64,000 nucleotides of DNA, from contig OZ219787.1 of NCBI GenBank assembly GCA_964291285.2, positions 736,001 through 800,000 on the forward strand. Reading direction: 5' to 3'. The position numbers and the translations under genes are program-made. Shown in pieces: positions 47,976 through 57,022 of the stretch (the first letter of the stretch is position 1; each line of letters starts with the position of its first letter). This DNA comes from Alphaproteobacteria bacterium. GTDB taxonomy: Bacteria > Pseudomonadota > Alphaproteobacteria > Bin95. The notes below the pieces were generated by a model. It was given only the letters and a program-made list of their open reading frames with translations, did no database searches and was not told the DNA's origin.

Positions 47976-48883
47976 GCGCCGCAGGGATTGTTGCGGGTGC
48001 GGTAGCGTGTCCCCTTCGCCGGACCAGGCTTCTTCGGTGGCGGCGCGGCGGCGTCGATGAGGCCGACGATCCACTCCATGTCGTGCAGGCTCCTGTCCAC
48101 GCCGGCGGCCATGGCGGGCGTCACCCTGAGCGTCTTGTGGACCCGCACGAAGTTGTAGAAGCAGAAGAACAGCGAGCTCATGTGGATATGGTTCTCGACC
48201 TTCTTGGAGAAGGCGTTGGTGAGCCGCGTGAACCGGCGCATCCCCATCCGCATGGTGAGGTTGTGGCGCTCGACGTGTGACGTGCTGATCTTCTCCGGCT
48301 CGGGCCAGCCCTCGACCGTCTTCTTGATGATGCCGACGCACTCCGAAGGCGAGTAGCGTTTGGACGCCTCCTTGCCCGCTTCCAGCACGCCGTAGAGCTT
48401 CACGAGCTGGGCATAGTCCACGTCGCCCCCGAACGCGCCCTCGACGGCTTCCAGATAGGCGGCATGGCCATCCGTGGTCAGTTGCACCCGGTTCACCAGC
48501 CGCGAGCGCAGATCGTCCATGAGGTCGAGGGCAACGTCGGCTTCGCGGGTGCCGAACCGGTAGGACAGGATTATCTTCGAGTCGCTGTCGAGAGCGGTCC
48601 ATGTCCAGAGGTCGCCCGCGCCTGGGGGAGGTTTCAGGGCGAAGGGGACGTTCTTCTTCTTGGCGTAGCAGAAGGCCCATATCTCGTCGCACTGGACGTG
48701 GCGGGCGTGAACCTCCCGGACTGCCTGGTCGTGGTGCATGGCGCAGGCATGGCCCGCGTCCACGAGCAGCTTGGAGACGGTGTTGATCGAGACATCCGCG
48801 ATCCGCGTGATGGCCCGCATCGACACACCCTCGACGAGCATGTGGAGGATGTGAGCGCGCTTGGCGGTTGAGAGCTTGTTCAT
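47972..48883 (-). CDS. IS1-family DDE transposase
   Basis: LVEG.S.R HTH, QCDEIW, LTTDG, TSHVER.NLTMRM..RRFTRLTNAFSKK, TPAMAAG. Confidence 0.88.
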   Translation of the reverse strand: MNKLSTAKRAHILHMLVEGVSMRAITRIADVSINTVSKLLVDAGHACAMHHDQAVREVHARHVQCDEIWAFCYAKKKNVPFALKPPPGAGDLWTWTALDSDSKIILSYRFGTREADVALDLMDDLRSRLVNRVQLTTDGHAAYLEAVEGAFGGDVDYAQLVKLYGVLEAGKEASKRYSPSECVGIIKKTVEGWPEPEKISTSHVERHNLTMRMGMRRFTRLTNAFSKKVENHIHMSSLFFCFYNFVRVHKTLRVTPAMAAGVDRSLHDMEWIVGLIDAAAPPPKKPGPAKGTRYRTRNNPCGA

Positions 48884-48890
48884 GGCGTTG

Positions 48891-48918
48891 AAGATAAAGG
48901 ACGATTGCACACTGTCAA
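48891..48918 (-). promoter_or_regulatory. Candidate sigma70 promoter of the transposase (leaderless)
   Basis: TTGACA-N16-TATCTT, 7 nt before ATG. Confidence 0.5.
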
Positions 48919-48937
48919 GCACAATGTCATTTTATCT

Positions 48938-50230
48938 TTATGCTGCCATGGGGAGCTGGAGCTTGGCCCGCAGATACTCCATCCCCCGGTCGCCCTTCAC
49001 GGCGTTGCAGGCGCCGCAGAGGAGTTGGAGGTTGCTGATGTGGTCGGTCCCGCCCTTGGCCCGCGCAATGATATGGTCCACATGAAAGTGCCGAAGCTCA
49101 AAGTGATGCTGGCAGCCTCGGCAGTATCCCGCCTGTTCGCCGTAAAGGTGACGCTTGTTGTTCGGGTGGTTGTACGGAAGCAGCGGGACTAGGTCCGTGC
49201 GCTCCGGCAGATCGGTGCGGACCGTGCCCTTGAAGAACATGCCCAGCTCGTCACGCATCCGAGTCTGGACAAGCTCGGCAGCCTTCGGGGATATGTCGAT
49301 CCCCACCCATTGCCGCCCCGCGTCTTGTGCCGCAACGCACGTTGTTGCGCAGCCGCAGAACGGGTCGAGGATCATGCCGTCGGCCGGGCATGACGAAAGG
49401 ATGATTCGGCGAAGAAGCGCCAGCGGCTTCTGTGTCGGGTATCCGGTCTCTTCCTTGCCCTTGGTCGTCGGGAACCATCCCCGGCGGCTGGAAAGCTGCA
49501 TGATGTCCGACCAGACCGTCGAGAGCGGCATACCAGGGCTTTCGTCGAGGTATTGGCGGACGATCCCTCCGGCCCGCTGTCGGGTGCGGTAGGGCCTGCC
49601 CTTTTCATCCTTGTGCCGGAACCAGCGCAGATACCTGTCCGTATAGGGCGTGTATTGCCGCGCGTAGAAGTGCTTCCCGTATTCCGAGGCATAGGCCAGA
49701 AGACAGTCATGCACCTTCACGGGCTTCTTGCCGCCGACGCGCCCCCCGGACGGGGTGCCGTAGTTCCACACGATTTCGTTGATGAAGTTCCCGCGCCCGA
49801 AAATTGCGTCCATCACCAGCTTCAGGTAGTGAGACGCGAATTGATTGCAGTGCAGGTAGATGGTGCCGCTCGGCTTCAGCAGGCGGTGCATCTCCAGCAG
49901 CCGCGCCGCCATATAGACCAGATACGCCTTGTCGCTTGCCGTCATGGCGGCGAGCAGAACGCGATACAGGGCCGGGTGCTTCGCCTCGATGAGGTTGATC
50001 CACTCGGCGTCCACGTCCGTCAGCGTCCAGGTATCCTTGAACGCAGCCCCGGCGGCCTTGCTGCCGATGGGCGCGGCGTAGTTGGCTTGCGAGTTGAAAG
50101 GCGGGTCGAGATAGATGAGGTCAACCGAGGCACTGTTCATGCCTCGCATGATGTTCAGATTGTCGCCGGTCCAGACTGTCTGGTTAGCCCAATTCGGACT
50201 CCCTGGGGGGGGGGTACTACGCTTTGGCAT
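48938..50230 (-). CDS. N6A/N4C DNA methyltransferase fused to HNH endonuclease
   Basis: GDNL, YLDPPFNS, YPTQKP..LL.RII, LDPFCGCATT; C-terminal CRGC...HVDHI...GG.D...NLQLLC..CN..KG. Confidence 0.9.
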   Translation of the reverse strand: MPKRSTPPPGSPNWANQTVWTGDNLNIMRGMNSASVDLIYLDPPFNSQANYAAPIGSKAAGAAFKDTWTLTDVDAEWINLIEAKHPALYRVLLAAMTASDKAYLVYMAARLLEMHRLLKPSGTIYLHCNQFASHYLKLVMDAIFGRGNFINEIVWNYGTPSGGRVGGKKPVKVHDCLLAYASEYGKHFYARQYTPYTDRYLRWFRHKDEKGRPYRTRQRAGGIVRQYLDESPGMPLSTVWSDIMQLSSRRGWFPTTKGKEETGYPTQKPLALLRRIILSSCPADGMILDPFCGCATTCVAAQDAGRQWVGIDISPKAAELVQTRMRDELGMFFKGTVRTDLPERTDLVPLLPYNHPNNKRHLYGEQAGYCRGCQHHFELRHFHVDHIIARAKGGTDHISNLQLLCGACNAVKGDRGMEYLRAKLQLPMAA

Positions 50231-50454
50231 CGGCCCACCGCGCTGCCGCCGCGGCCTGGGCGATCTCCTTGCGCCGTTCGGGCGTCATCGCGCGCGCGGG
50301 CTTTTCCTCCGGCGCGGCCGCCCTTGGCCTTGTTCGGCTGCCGGGGCTGCTCCTCAAGGGTTTCCTCGATGTCGCCGACTGCGATCTTGCAGACATGCAC
50401 GGCATTGCTGATCACGTCAGCCGGGCGCTTCTGCCCCTGCGGTCCTGTGGGCAT
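50217..50454 (-). pseudogene. Small basic transposon-associated protein, frameshifted
   Basis: MPTGPQGQKRPADV...GG.AGGKARA | MTPERRKEIA..AA.ARW in two frames; 238 nt, 2 nt short at a (CG)n run. Confidence 0.7.
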
Positions 50455-50617
50455 CGTCGTTCCTCCTTGCCAGACGCGGCGGGCGCAAACAATCAGGGCT
50501 GGCCCCCCGCCTTCGCGGGGGTGACGGTGGTGTGGCGGGGGCGGCGCGCTTGACCGGCGGGGGGCGCGGGCGCAGGATGGCGGCCGTGAGCGCGCGCGAA
50601 GCGGAGAAGCCGCCGGC

Positions 50618-50863
50618 ATGTCCCCCGAACTCATCGCAATCCTCGGCGTCGGCATAGCCCTGGCCGGCATGATCTGGCAGGGCCAGCGCAGCCTGCGCAC
50701 CGACCTCGGCGCGCGCATGGACCGCATCGAGGCGCGCATGGACGGCATCGAGGGCCAGCTGCGCGAAATCCGCGACCGGCTCGCCCGCCTCGAAGGCAAG
50801 GTGGACTTCCTGGAAGCCTGGATATCGGGCCGCAACGAACGCCCCGCCCCCGCCGCCGAATAG
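50618..50863 (+). CDS. TM-anchored coiled-coil protein, copy 1 (81 aa)
   Basis: MSPELIAILGVGIALAG TM + heptads + RLARLEGKV. Confidence 0.8.
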   Translation: MSPELIAILGVGIALAGMIWQGQRSLRTDLGARMDRIEARMDGIEGQLREIRDRLARLEGKVDFLEAWISGRNERPAPAAE

Positions 50864-50963
50864 GCCGGCCGCATCCGCCGGGGTGGGGCGCGCGCTTGAC
50901 CGGCGGAGAGCGCGGGCGCAGGATGGCCGCCGTGAGCGCGCGCGAAGCGGAGAAGCCGCCGGC

Positions 50964-51317
50964 ATGTCCCCCGAACTCATCGCAATCCTCGGCGTCGGCA
51001 TAGCCCTGGCCGGCATCCTCCTGAAAGGCCAGCACGGCCTCGGCGCGCGCATCGACGAGACCAACAAGCGCATCGACGAGACCAACAGGAACCTCGGCGC
51101 GCGCATCGAGGAGGTGAACAGGAACCTCGGCGCGCGCATCGAGGAGGTGAACAGGAACCTCGGCGCGCGCATGGACCGCATCGAGGCGCGCATGGACGGC
51201 ATCGAGGGCGAACTGCGCGAAATCCGCGACCGCCTCGCCCGCCTCGAAGGCAAGGTGGACTTCCTGGAAGCCTACATATCGGGCCGCAACGAACGCCCCG
51301 CCCCCGCCGCCGAATAG
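50964..51317 (+). CDS. TM-anchored coiled-coil protein, copy 2 (117 aa)
   Basis: Same N- and C-termini; extra IDETN/IEEVNRNLGAR repeats. Confidence 0.8.
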   Translation: MSPELIAILGVGIALAGILLKGQHGLGARIDETNKRIDETNRNLGARIEEVNRNLGARIEEVNRNLGARMDRIEARMDGIEGELREIRDRLARLEGKVDFLEAYISGRNERPAPAAE

Positions 51318-51655
51318 GCCGGCCGCATCCGCCGCGAAGGCGGACGGCGCCGCCCCCACCCGCCTGCCCCCGCGAAGGCGGGGGTCGCCCCGGACCCCGA
51401 TCCGGGGCCCATGTCGTCATCCCGGCCTCCGAGCCGGGACCCGGACCCTCCCGACAGCCCCGGCGGCCCGCCCTGCCTCCACCGGCTGCGGCGGACGCAA
51501 ACAATCAGGGATGGCCCCCCGCCTTCGCGGGGGTGACGGTGGTGTGGCGGGGGTGACGGTTGCGGGCCGCAGGCTTGCGCGCGCCGGGGCGCCGGGGTAG
51601 GGTCCGGCCGCGCCGGCAAGGGTCCGCCGGAGGAAGGCAAACCGGGAGGTGCGGC

Positions 51656-51877
51656 ATGACAAGGCGGCTGACCGCGATCGTCGAACGCGAGGGCGACGGC
51701 TATGTCGCGCTCTGCCCGGAAGTGGATGTCGCGAGCCAGGGCGGCAGCGTGGCCGAGGCGCGCGACAATCTCGCCGAGGCGCTGGCGCTGTTCTTCGAGA
51801 CCGCAAGCGCCGGGGAGATCGACCGGCGCCTCAGCGGCGAGGTCTACGTCACCCAGGTCGAGGTCGCGGCTGGCTAG
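51656..51877 (+). CDS. hicB: HicB-family antitoxin
   Basis: EREGDGYVALCPE.DVASQG.SV.EARDNL.EAL. Confidence 0.88.
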   Translation: MTRRLTAIVEREGDGYVALCPEVDVASQGGSVAEARDNLAEALALFFETASAGEIDRRLSGEVYVTQVEVAAG

Positions 51878-52088
51878 GCTGCGCGTCCTGTCCGGCCGGG
51901 AGGTCCGCCGGATTCTGGAGGCGCACGGTTTCGCGGAAGTCCGCAGGCGCGGCAGCCATGCGGTCATGCAGAAGGCCGGCCCGGACGGCACGGCGACCGT
52001 GCCGGTTCCCGACCATGACGAATTGCGCGCCGGCACGCTGCGGTCGATTATCCGCCAGTCCGGCCTGCCCCGTTCCGAATTCGAGTAG
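51870..52088 (+). CDS. hicA: HicA-family toxin (CTG start inferred)
   Basis: LSGREV..IL..HGF..VRRRGSH...VPVP.H.EL..GTLRSIIRQ. Confidence 0.88.
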   Translation: MARLRVLSGREVRRILEAHGFAEVRRRGSHAVMQKAGPDGTATVPVPDHDELRAGTLRSIIRQSGLPRSEFE

Positions 52089-52369
52089 CGCCCGCGCCGG
52101 CGGGCGCGTATCGAAGGACGGCGGCGCCCCCACCCGTCGCCCCGGACCCCGATCCGGGGCCCATCCCGGACCCTCCCGGCAGCCCCGGCGGCCCGCCCTG
52201 CCTCCACTGGCTGCGGCGGACGCAAACAATCAGGGATGGCCCCCCGCCTTCGCGGGAGTGACGGTGGTGTGGCGGGGGTGACGGTTGCGGGGGCGGCGCG
52301 CTTGACCGGCGGGGGGCGCGGGCGCAGGATGGCCGCCGTGAGCGCGCGCGAAGCGGAGAAGCCGCCGGC

Positions 52370-52690
52370 ATGTCCCCCGAACTCATCGCAATCCTCGGCG
52401 TCGGCATAGCCTTGGCCGGCATCCTCCTGAAAGGCCAGCACGGCCTCGGCGCGCGCATCGACGAGACCAACAAGCGCATCGACGAGACCAACAGGAACCT
52501 CGGCGCGCGCATCGAGGAGGTGAGCAGGAACCTCGGCGCGCGCATGGACCGCATCGAGGCGCGCATGGACGGCATCGAGGGCCAGCTGCGCGAACTCGGC
52601 GAACGCCTCGCCCGCCTCGAAGGCAAGGTGGACTTCCTGGAAGCCTACATATCCGGCCGCAACGAACGCCCCGCCCCCGCCGCCGAATAG
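52370..52690 (+). CDS. TM-anchored coiled-coil protein, copy 3 (106 aa)
   Basis: As copy 2 with one fewer 11-mer and the ELGER variant. Confidence 0.8.
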   Translation: MSPELIAILGVGIALAGILLKGQHGLGARIDETNKRIDETNRNLGARIEEVSRNLGARMDRIEARMDGIEGQLRELGERLARLEGKVDFLEAYISGRNERPAPAAE

Positions 52691-52790
52691 GCCGGCCGCA
52701 TCCGCCGGGGTGGGGCGCGCGCTTGACCGGCGGGGGGCGCGGGCGCAGGATGGCGGCCGTGAGCGCGCGCGAAGCGGAGAAGCCGCCGGC

Positions 52791-53090
52791 ATGTCCCCCG
52801 AACTCATCGCAATCCTCGGCGTCGGCATCGCCCTGGCCGGCATGATCTGGCAGGGCCAGCGCAGCCTGCGCACCGACCTCGGCGCGCGCATCGAGGAGGT
52901 GAACAGGAACCTCGGCGCGCGCATGGACCGCATCGAGGCGCGCATGGACCGGATCGAGGCGCGCATGGACGGCATCGAGGGCCAGCTGCGCGAACTCGGC
53001 GAACGCCTCGCCCGCCTCGAAGGCAAGGTGGACTTCCTGGAAGCCTACATATCGGGCCGCAACGAACGCCCCGCCCCCGCCGCCGAATAG
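52791..53090 (+). CDS. TM-anchored coiled-coil protein, copy 4 (99 aa)
   Basis: Copy-1 type N-terminus, one 11-mer, duplicated MDRIEAR, ELGER variant. Confidence 0.8.
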   Translation: MSPELIAILGVGIALAGMIWQGQRSLRTDLGARIEEVNRNLGARMDRIEARMDRIEARMDGIEGQLRELGERLARLEGKVDFLEAYISGRNERPAPAAE

Positions 53091-53245
53091 CGCCCGGCAG
53101 CCCCCGTTCGGCCGGCCCGGGCGGTCCGGCCCTGCCTCGACCGGCTGAGCCGGGCGGTTTGCAAGCGGGCCGCTTGCGCTATCCTTGGGCCGGCGTCATG
53201 CGGCTTCGGCGGCATCGGAACGGAATCTAGCGAAAGCCTGTCGTT

Positions 53246-55327
53246 ATGAGTGAGAAGGCCCGCTGCAGGGTGGGGATCGATGTGGGCGGCACCTTCACGG
53301 ATGTCGTGCTGGAAGCCGGCGGGGCGCGGACCTCGGCCAAGGTGCTGACCACGCCGCAGGCCCCCGAGAAGGGCGTGATCGACGGCCTCAGGGAAGCGCT
53401 GCGGAAAGCCGGGCTGGCGCCGGGCGATGTCGGGCTCGTCCTGCACGGCACGACGCTCGCCACCAACGCGGTGCTGGAGCGGCGCGGCGCCAGGACCGCC
53501 TTCATCACCACCGAAGGGTTCCGCGACATCCTCGAGGTCGGCTACGAGACCCGCTACGACCAGTACGACCTGATGATCGAGAAGGTGACGCCGATCGTGC
53601 CGCGCCGGCTGCGCTTCACCGTGCCGGAGCGCGTCGATGCGCGCGGGCGCATACTGGAAGCCCTCGACGAAGGGGCGGTCCACGCGCTCGTGCCGAAACT
53701 CTCCGCCGCCGGGATCGAGAGCGTCGCCGTCGGGTTCTTCCATGCCTACGCCAACCCGGTCCACGAACGGCGGGTCGAGGCGATCCTCGGCGAAGCCCTG
53801 CCGGCGCTCTCGGTGACGCTCGCCTCGGAGGTATGTCCGGAGGTCCGGGAATATGAGCGCTTCACCACGGCCAGCGTGAACGCCTATGTCCGCCCGCTGA
53901 TGGAAGGCTATGTCGCGCGCCTCGACGGAATGCTGGCGGAGATCGGCATCGGCTGCCCGCTGCTGCTGATGACGTCCGGCGGCGGGCTCACGACCGTCGA
54001 GACGGCAAGGCGCCAGCCCGTCCGGCTGGTCGAGTCCGGCCCTGCCGGCGGCGTGCTGCTGGCCCGCGACATCGCCGCGCGCGCCGGTCTCGACAAGGTG
54101 ATGTCCTTCGACATGGGCGGCACGACGGCCAAGATCTGCTTCATCGAGAATCTCGAACCCCGGCGCGCGCGGGAGTTCGAGATCGACCGCCAGGCGCGCT
54201 TCATGAAGGGCAGCGGCCTGCCGCTCCGCATCCCGGTGATCGAGATGGTGGAGATCGGCGCGGGCGGCGGCTCCATCGCGCGCGTGGACCGGCTGGGGCG
54301 GATCGCCGTCGGACCGGAAAGCGCGGGCGCGGAACCCGGACCGGCAGGCTACGGCCGCGGCGGCGCTGACGCGACGGTCACGGACGCCGACATCGTTCTC
54401 GGACGCATCGACCCGGCGGGCTTCGCCGGCGGGCGCATCGAGCTCCGCCCCGGGCTTTCGGCCGAGGCGGTCGGCAAGAGCGTGGGGGGGCCGCTGGAGC
54501 TCGGGCCTTCGCAGGCGGCGCAGGGGGTGGTCGAAATCGTCGATGAGAACATGTCGAACGCGGCGCGGGTGCTGGCCGTCGAGGAAGGCAAGGTCGCCTC
54601 GGAGCAGACCGTCATCGCCTTCGGCGGGGCCGCGCCCCTCCATGCCTGCCGGATCGCGGAAAAGCTCGGGATCGACAGGATCGTCGTGCCGGTCGATGCC
54701 GGCGTCGGCTCGGCCGTCGGGTTCCTGCGGGCGCCGGTCGCCTACGAGGTGGTGCGCAGCCTCAACATGCGCCTCTCGGCCCTCGACGCGGCGGCCGTGA
54801 ACGAGCTCATGGCCGACATGCGCCGCGAGGCCCGCACGGTCGTGGAGTCCGGAGCGTTCGGCGCGGCGCTCACCGAACGCCGGGTCGCCTATATGCGCTA
54901 TCTCGGGCAGGGGCACGAGATCGCCGTGCCGGTGGAGGCCGGGCGTCTGGGCCCGGACGACGGGCGCGCGTTGCAGGCGGCCTACGACCGGGAGTACGAA
55001 CTGCTGTTCAAGCGGACCATACCCGACGCCGATGTCGAGGTGCTGTCCTGGGGCCTGACCGTTTCGACGGTGGAGACCATGCCGGCAGCCGAAAGCGGGG
55101 CGCGAATGTCGGCTTCGCCGGAGCCGGCGGGCTGGCGGGACATTCACGACACGGAAGGCGGCGGGGCAGCGAAGGTGCCGCTCTACCGGCGGGCCGACCT
55201 GGCTGCGGGAGACGGGCTGGACGGCCCGGCGCTGATCGTCGAAGAGCAGACTTCGACCTTCGTTTCCCGCGCGTTCCGGGCCATGCTGGCGCCGGGAGGC
55301 AATATCGTGCTGGAAAGACGGGCTTGA
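53246..55327 (+). CDS. hyuA: Hydantoinase/oxoprolinase subunit A
   Basis: GIDVGGTFTD, HGTTLATN, ESGPAGG, DMGGTT, GAGGGS, GP.SAGA.PGP. Confidence 0.92.
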   Translation: MSEKARCRVGIDVGGTFTDVVLEAGGARTSAKVLTTPQAPEKGVIDGLREALRKAGLAPGDVGLVLHGTTLATNAVLERRGARTAFITTEGFRDILEVGYETRYDQYDLMIEKVTPIVPRRLRFTVPERVDARGRILEALDEGAVHALVPKLSAAGIESVAVGFFHAYANPVHERRVEAILGEALPALSVTLASEVCPEVREYERFTTASVNAYVRPLMEGYVARLDGMLAEIGIGCPLLLMTSGGGLTTVETARRQPVRLVESGPAGGVLLARDIAARAGLDKVMSFDMGGTTAKICFIENLEPRRAREFEIDRQARFMKGSGLPLRIPVIEMVEIGAGGGSIARVDRLGRIAVGPESAGAEPGPAGYGRGGADATVTDADIVLGRIDPAGFAGGRIELRPGLSAEAVGKSVGGPLELGPSQAAQGVVEIVDENMSNAARVLAVEEGKVASEQTVIAFGGAAPLHACRIAEKLGIDRIVVPVDAGVGSAVGFLRAPVAYEVVRSLNMRLSALDAAAVNELMADMRREARTVVESGAFGAALTERRVAYMRYLGQGHEIAVPVEAGRLGPDDGRALQAAYDREYELLFKRTIPDADVEVLSWGLTVSTVETMPAAESGARMSASPEPAGWRDIHDTEGGGAAKVPLYRRADLAAGDGLDGPALIVEEQTSTFVSRAFRAMLAPGGNIVLERRA

Positions 55328-55339
55328 GGGGGCCGGACG

Positions 55340-57004
55340 ATGGCAAGCAAAGACGGACTCGATGTCATCACCAGGCAGGTGATGTGGAACCGCCTGATCT
55401 CGGTCGTCGAAGAGCAGGCGCAGACGCTGCTGAGGACCGCGTTCAGCCCCATCGTGCGCGAATGCGGCGACCTGTCGGCCGGCGTGTTCGACCTGAAGGG
55501 CCGGATGCTCGCCCAGGCGGTGACGGGCACGCCGGGCCACGTCAATTCCATGGCCGAGTCCGTGCAGCACTTCATCCGCCATTTCCCGATTGCGGAGATG
55601 AACGAGGGCGACATCTACATCACCAACGACCCCTGGATGGGCACGGGGCACCTCAACGATTTCGTGCTGACCACGCCCTGTTTCCGCCGGGGCCGGATCG
55701 TCGGCATGTTCTCCTGCACCTCGCACCTGACGGACATCGGCGGCATCGGCACCGGCCCGGACGCGACGGACGTGCATATGGAAGGCCTCTACATCCCGAT
55801 GCTCAAGCTCGCCGACCGGGGCAAGATCGACGACACGCTCATGGCGTTCGTCCGGCGCAACACCCGCGAGCCGGTGGAGTGCGAGGGCGACGTCTATTCG
55901 CTCGCCGCCTGCAACGAGGTCGGCTGCGTGCGCCTTGTCGAGATGATGGACGAGTTCGGGCTGGAGGACCTGGACGGGCTCGGCGAATACATCGTGTCGA
56001 GCTCCCGCCGCGCGGTGCTGGCGGAAGTCGCCGAACTGCCGAGGGGCAGATACCGCAACACGATGACGGTGGACGGCTACGACCGGCCGATAGACCTGGT
56101 CGCGACGCTGGAGATCGGCGACGAGGGCATCCATGTCGATTACGAAGGCACCTCGCCCATGTCGCGCTACGGCGTCAATGTGCCGAGCGCCTACACCACC
56201 GCCTACACCAGCTTCGGGCTCGGCTGCGCCATCGCGCCGGGCGTGCCGAACAATGCGGGTTCGCTCTCCGCCTTCCGGGTGACGGCGCCGGAGCGCTCGA
56301 TCCTCAATGCGCCCTATCCGGCAGCCGTCTGCGCCCGGCACCTCATCGGCCAGCTCCTGCCCGACGTGGTGTTCGGCTGCCTGGAGAAGGTCGTGCCCGA
56401 GCGCGTGCCGGCGGAAGGCGCCTCTTCGCTCTGGAACCTCACCTTCCGGGGCGAGGCCGAACGCGGCTCGAACGAGCGCAGCCTGTTCGCCTTCACCGCC
56501 GTCACCAACGGCGGCACCGGCGCGCGCGGCGTGAAGGACGGCCTGAACGGCACCGCCTATCCGAGCGGGGTCAAGGGCACCCCGGTCGAGATCGTCGAGA
56601 CGATGACGCCGGTGCTGTTCCGCCGCAAGGAGCTGCGCACCGACTCCGCCGGCGCCGGGAACTGGCGCGGCGGGGCCGGGCAGACCATCGAGGTCGAGTC
56701 GGCCAATGGCAGGGACATGGAGCTTCTGGCGGCCTTCGAGCGCATCGAGAACCCGGCGCGGGGGCGGGCCGGCGGCGGCGGCGGCGAGCCCGGCGCGGTC
56801 TTCCTGGCTTCCGGGACGCGGCTGAGGGGCAAGGGCACGCAGACGATCCCCGCCGGCGAGCGGCTGGTGGTCCACACGCCCGGCGGCGGCGGCCACGGCC
56901 CCTCCGGGGAGCGCGCGCGCGAGGCCGTGGCGGCGGACATCGAGGACGGCATCCTCAGCGAGGCGGCGGCCCGCAGGGACTATGGCTGGAAAGGGGCCGC
57001 CTGA
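55340..57004 (+). CDS. hyuB: Hydantoinase/oxoprolinase subunit B
   Basis: RTAFSP..RE..D.S, NDP..G.GHLND, DSAGAG..RGG, TPGGGG.G. Confidence 0.92.
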   Translation: MASKDGLDVITRQVMWNRLISVVEEQAQTLLRTAFSPIVRECGDLSAGVFDLKGRMLAQAVTGTPGHVNSMAESVQHFIRHFPIAEMNEGDIYITNDPWMGTGHLNDFVLTTPCFRRGRIVGMFSCTSHLTDIGGIGTGPDATDVHMEGLYIPMLKLADRGKIDDTLMAFVRRNTREPVECEGDVYSLAACNEVGCVRLVEMMDEFGLEDLDGLGEYIVSSSRRAVLAEVAELPRGRYRNTMTVDGYDRPIDLVATLEIGDEGIHVDYEGTSPMSRYGVNVPSAYTTAYTSFGLGCAIAPGVPNNAGSLSAFRVTAPERSILNAPYPAAVCARHLIGQLLPDVVFGCLEKVVPERVPAEGASSLWNLTFRGEAERGSNERSLFAFTAVTNGGTGARGVKDGLNGTAYPSGVKGTPVEIVETMTPVLFRRKELRTDSAGAGNWRGGAGQTIEVESANGRDMELLAAFERIENPARGRAGGGGGEPGAVFLASGTRLRGKGTQTIPAGERLVVHTPGGGGHGPSGERAREAVAADIEDGILSEAAARRDYGWKGAA

Positions 57005-57022
57005 AGCCCGGAGACCGGCGGT

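Larger units (their letters stand above)
47416..50460 (-). mobile_element. IS1-family transposon-like unit with cargo; only one end recognised
   Basis: GGTAGTGTCTCACTTTGA end at 47416, transposase, co-oriented cargo, abrupt switch of strand and composition. Confidence 0.6.
50477..53090 (+). repeat. Array of four promoter+gene cassettes with REP-like palindromes; duplicated block around hicBA
   Basis: Near-identical ~80-bp leaders and genes; CCCCCGCCTTCGCGGG(G/A)GTGACGG near 50504, 51516, 52240; CCCCGGACCCCGATCCGGGG near 51388, 52140. Confidence 0.9.

Noticed and set aside
50477-53090. Possible CRISPR array or integron cassette array
   Set aside because: The repeats are whole genes and REP-like palindromes with no unique spacers, cas genes, attC sites or integron integrase
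53045-56896. 1283-aa minus-strand ORF (also 29370-32699, 5832-7658, 24703-26601, 8362-9942)
   Set aside because: Antisense shadows of well-supported genes in high-GC DNA, with no recognisable motifs
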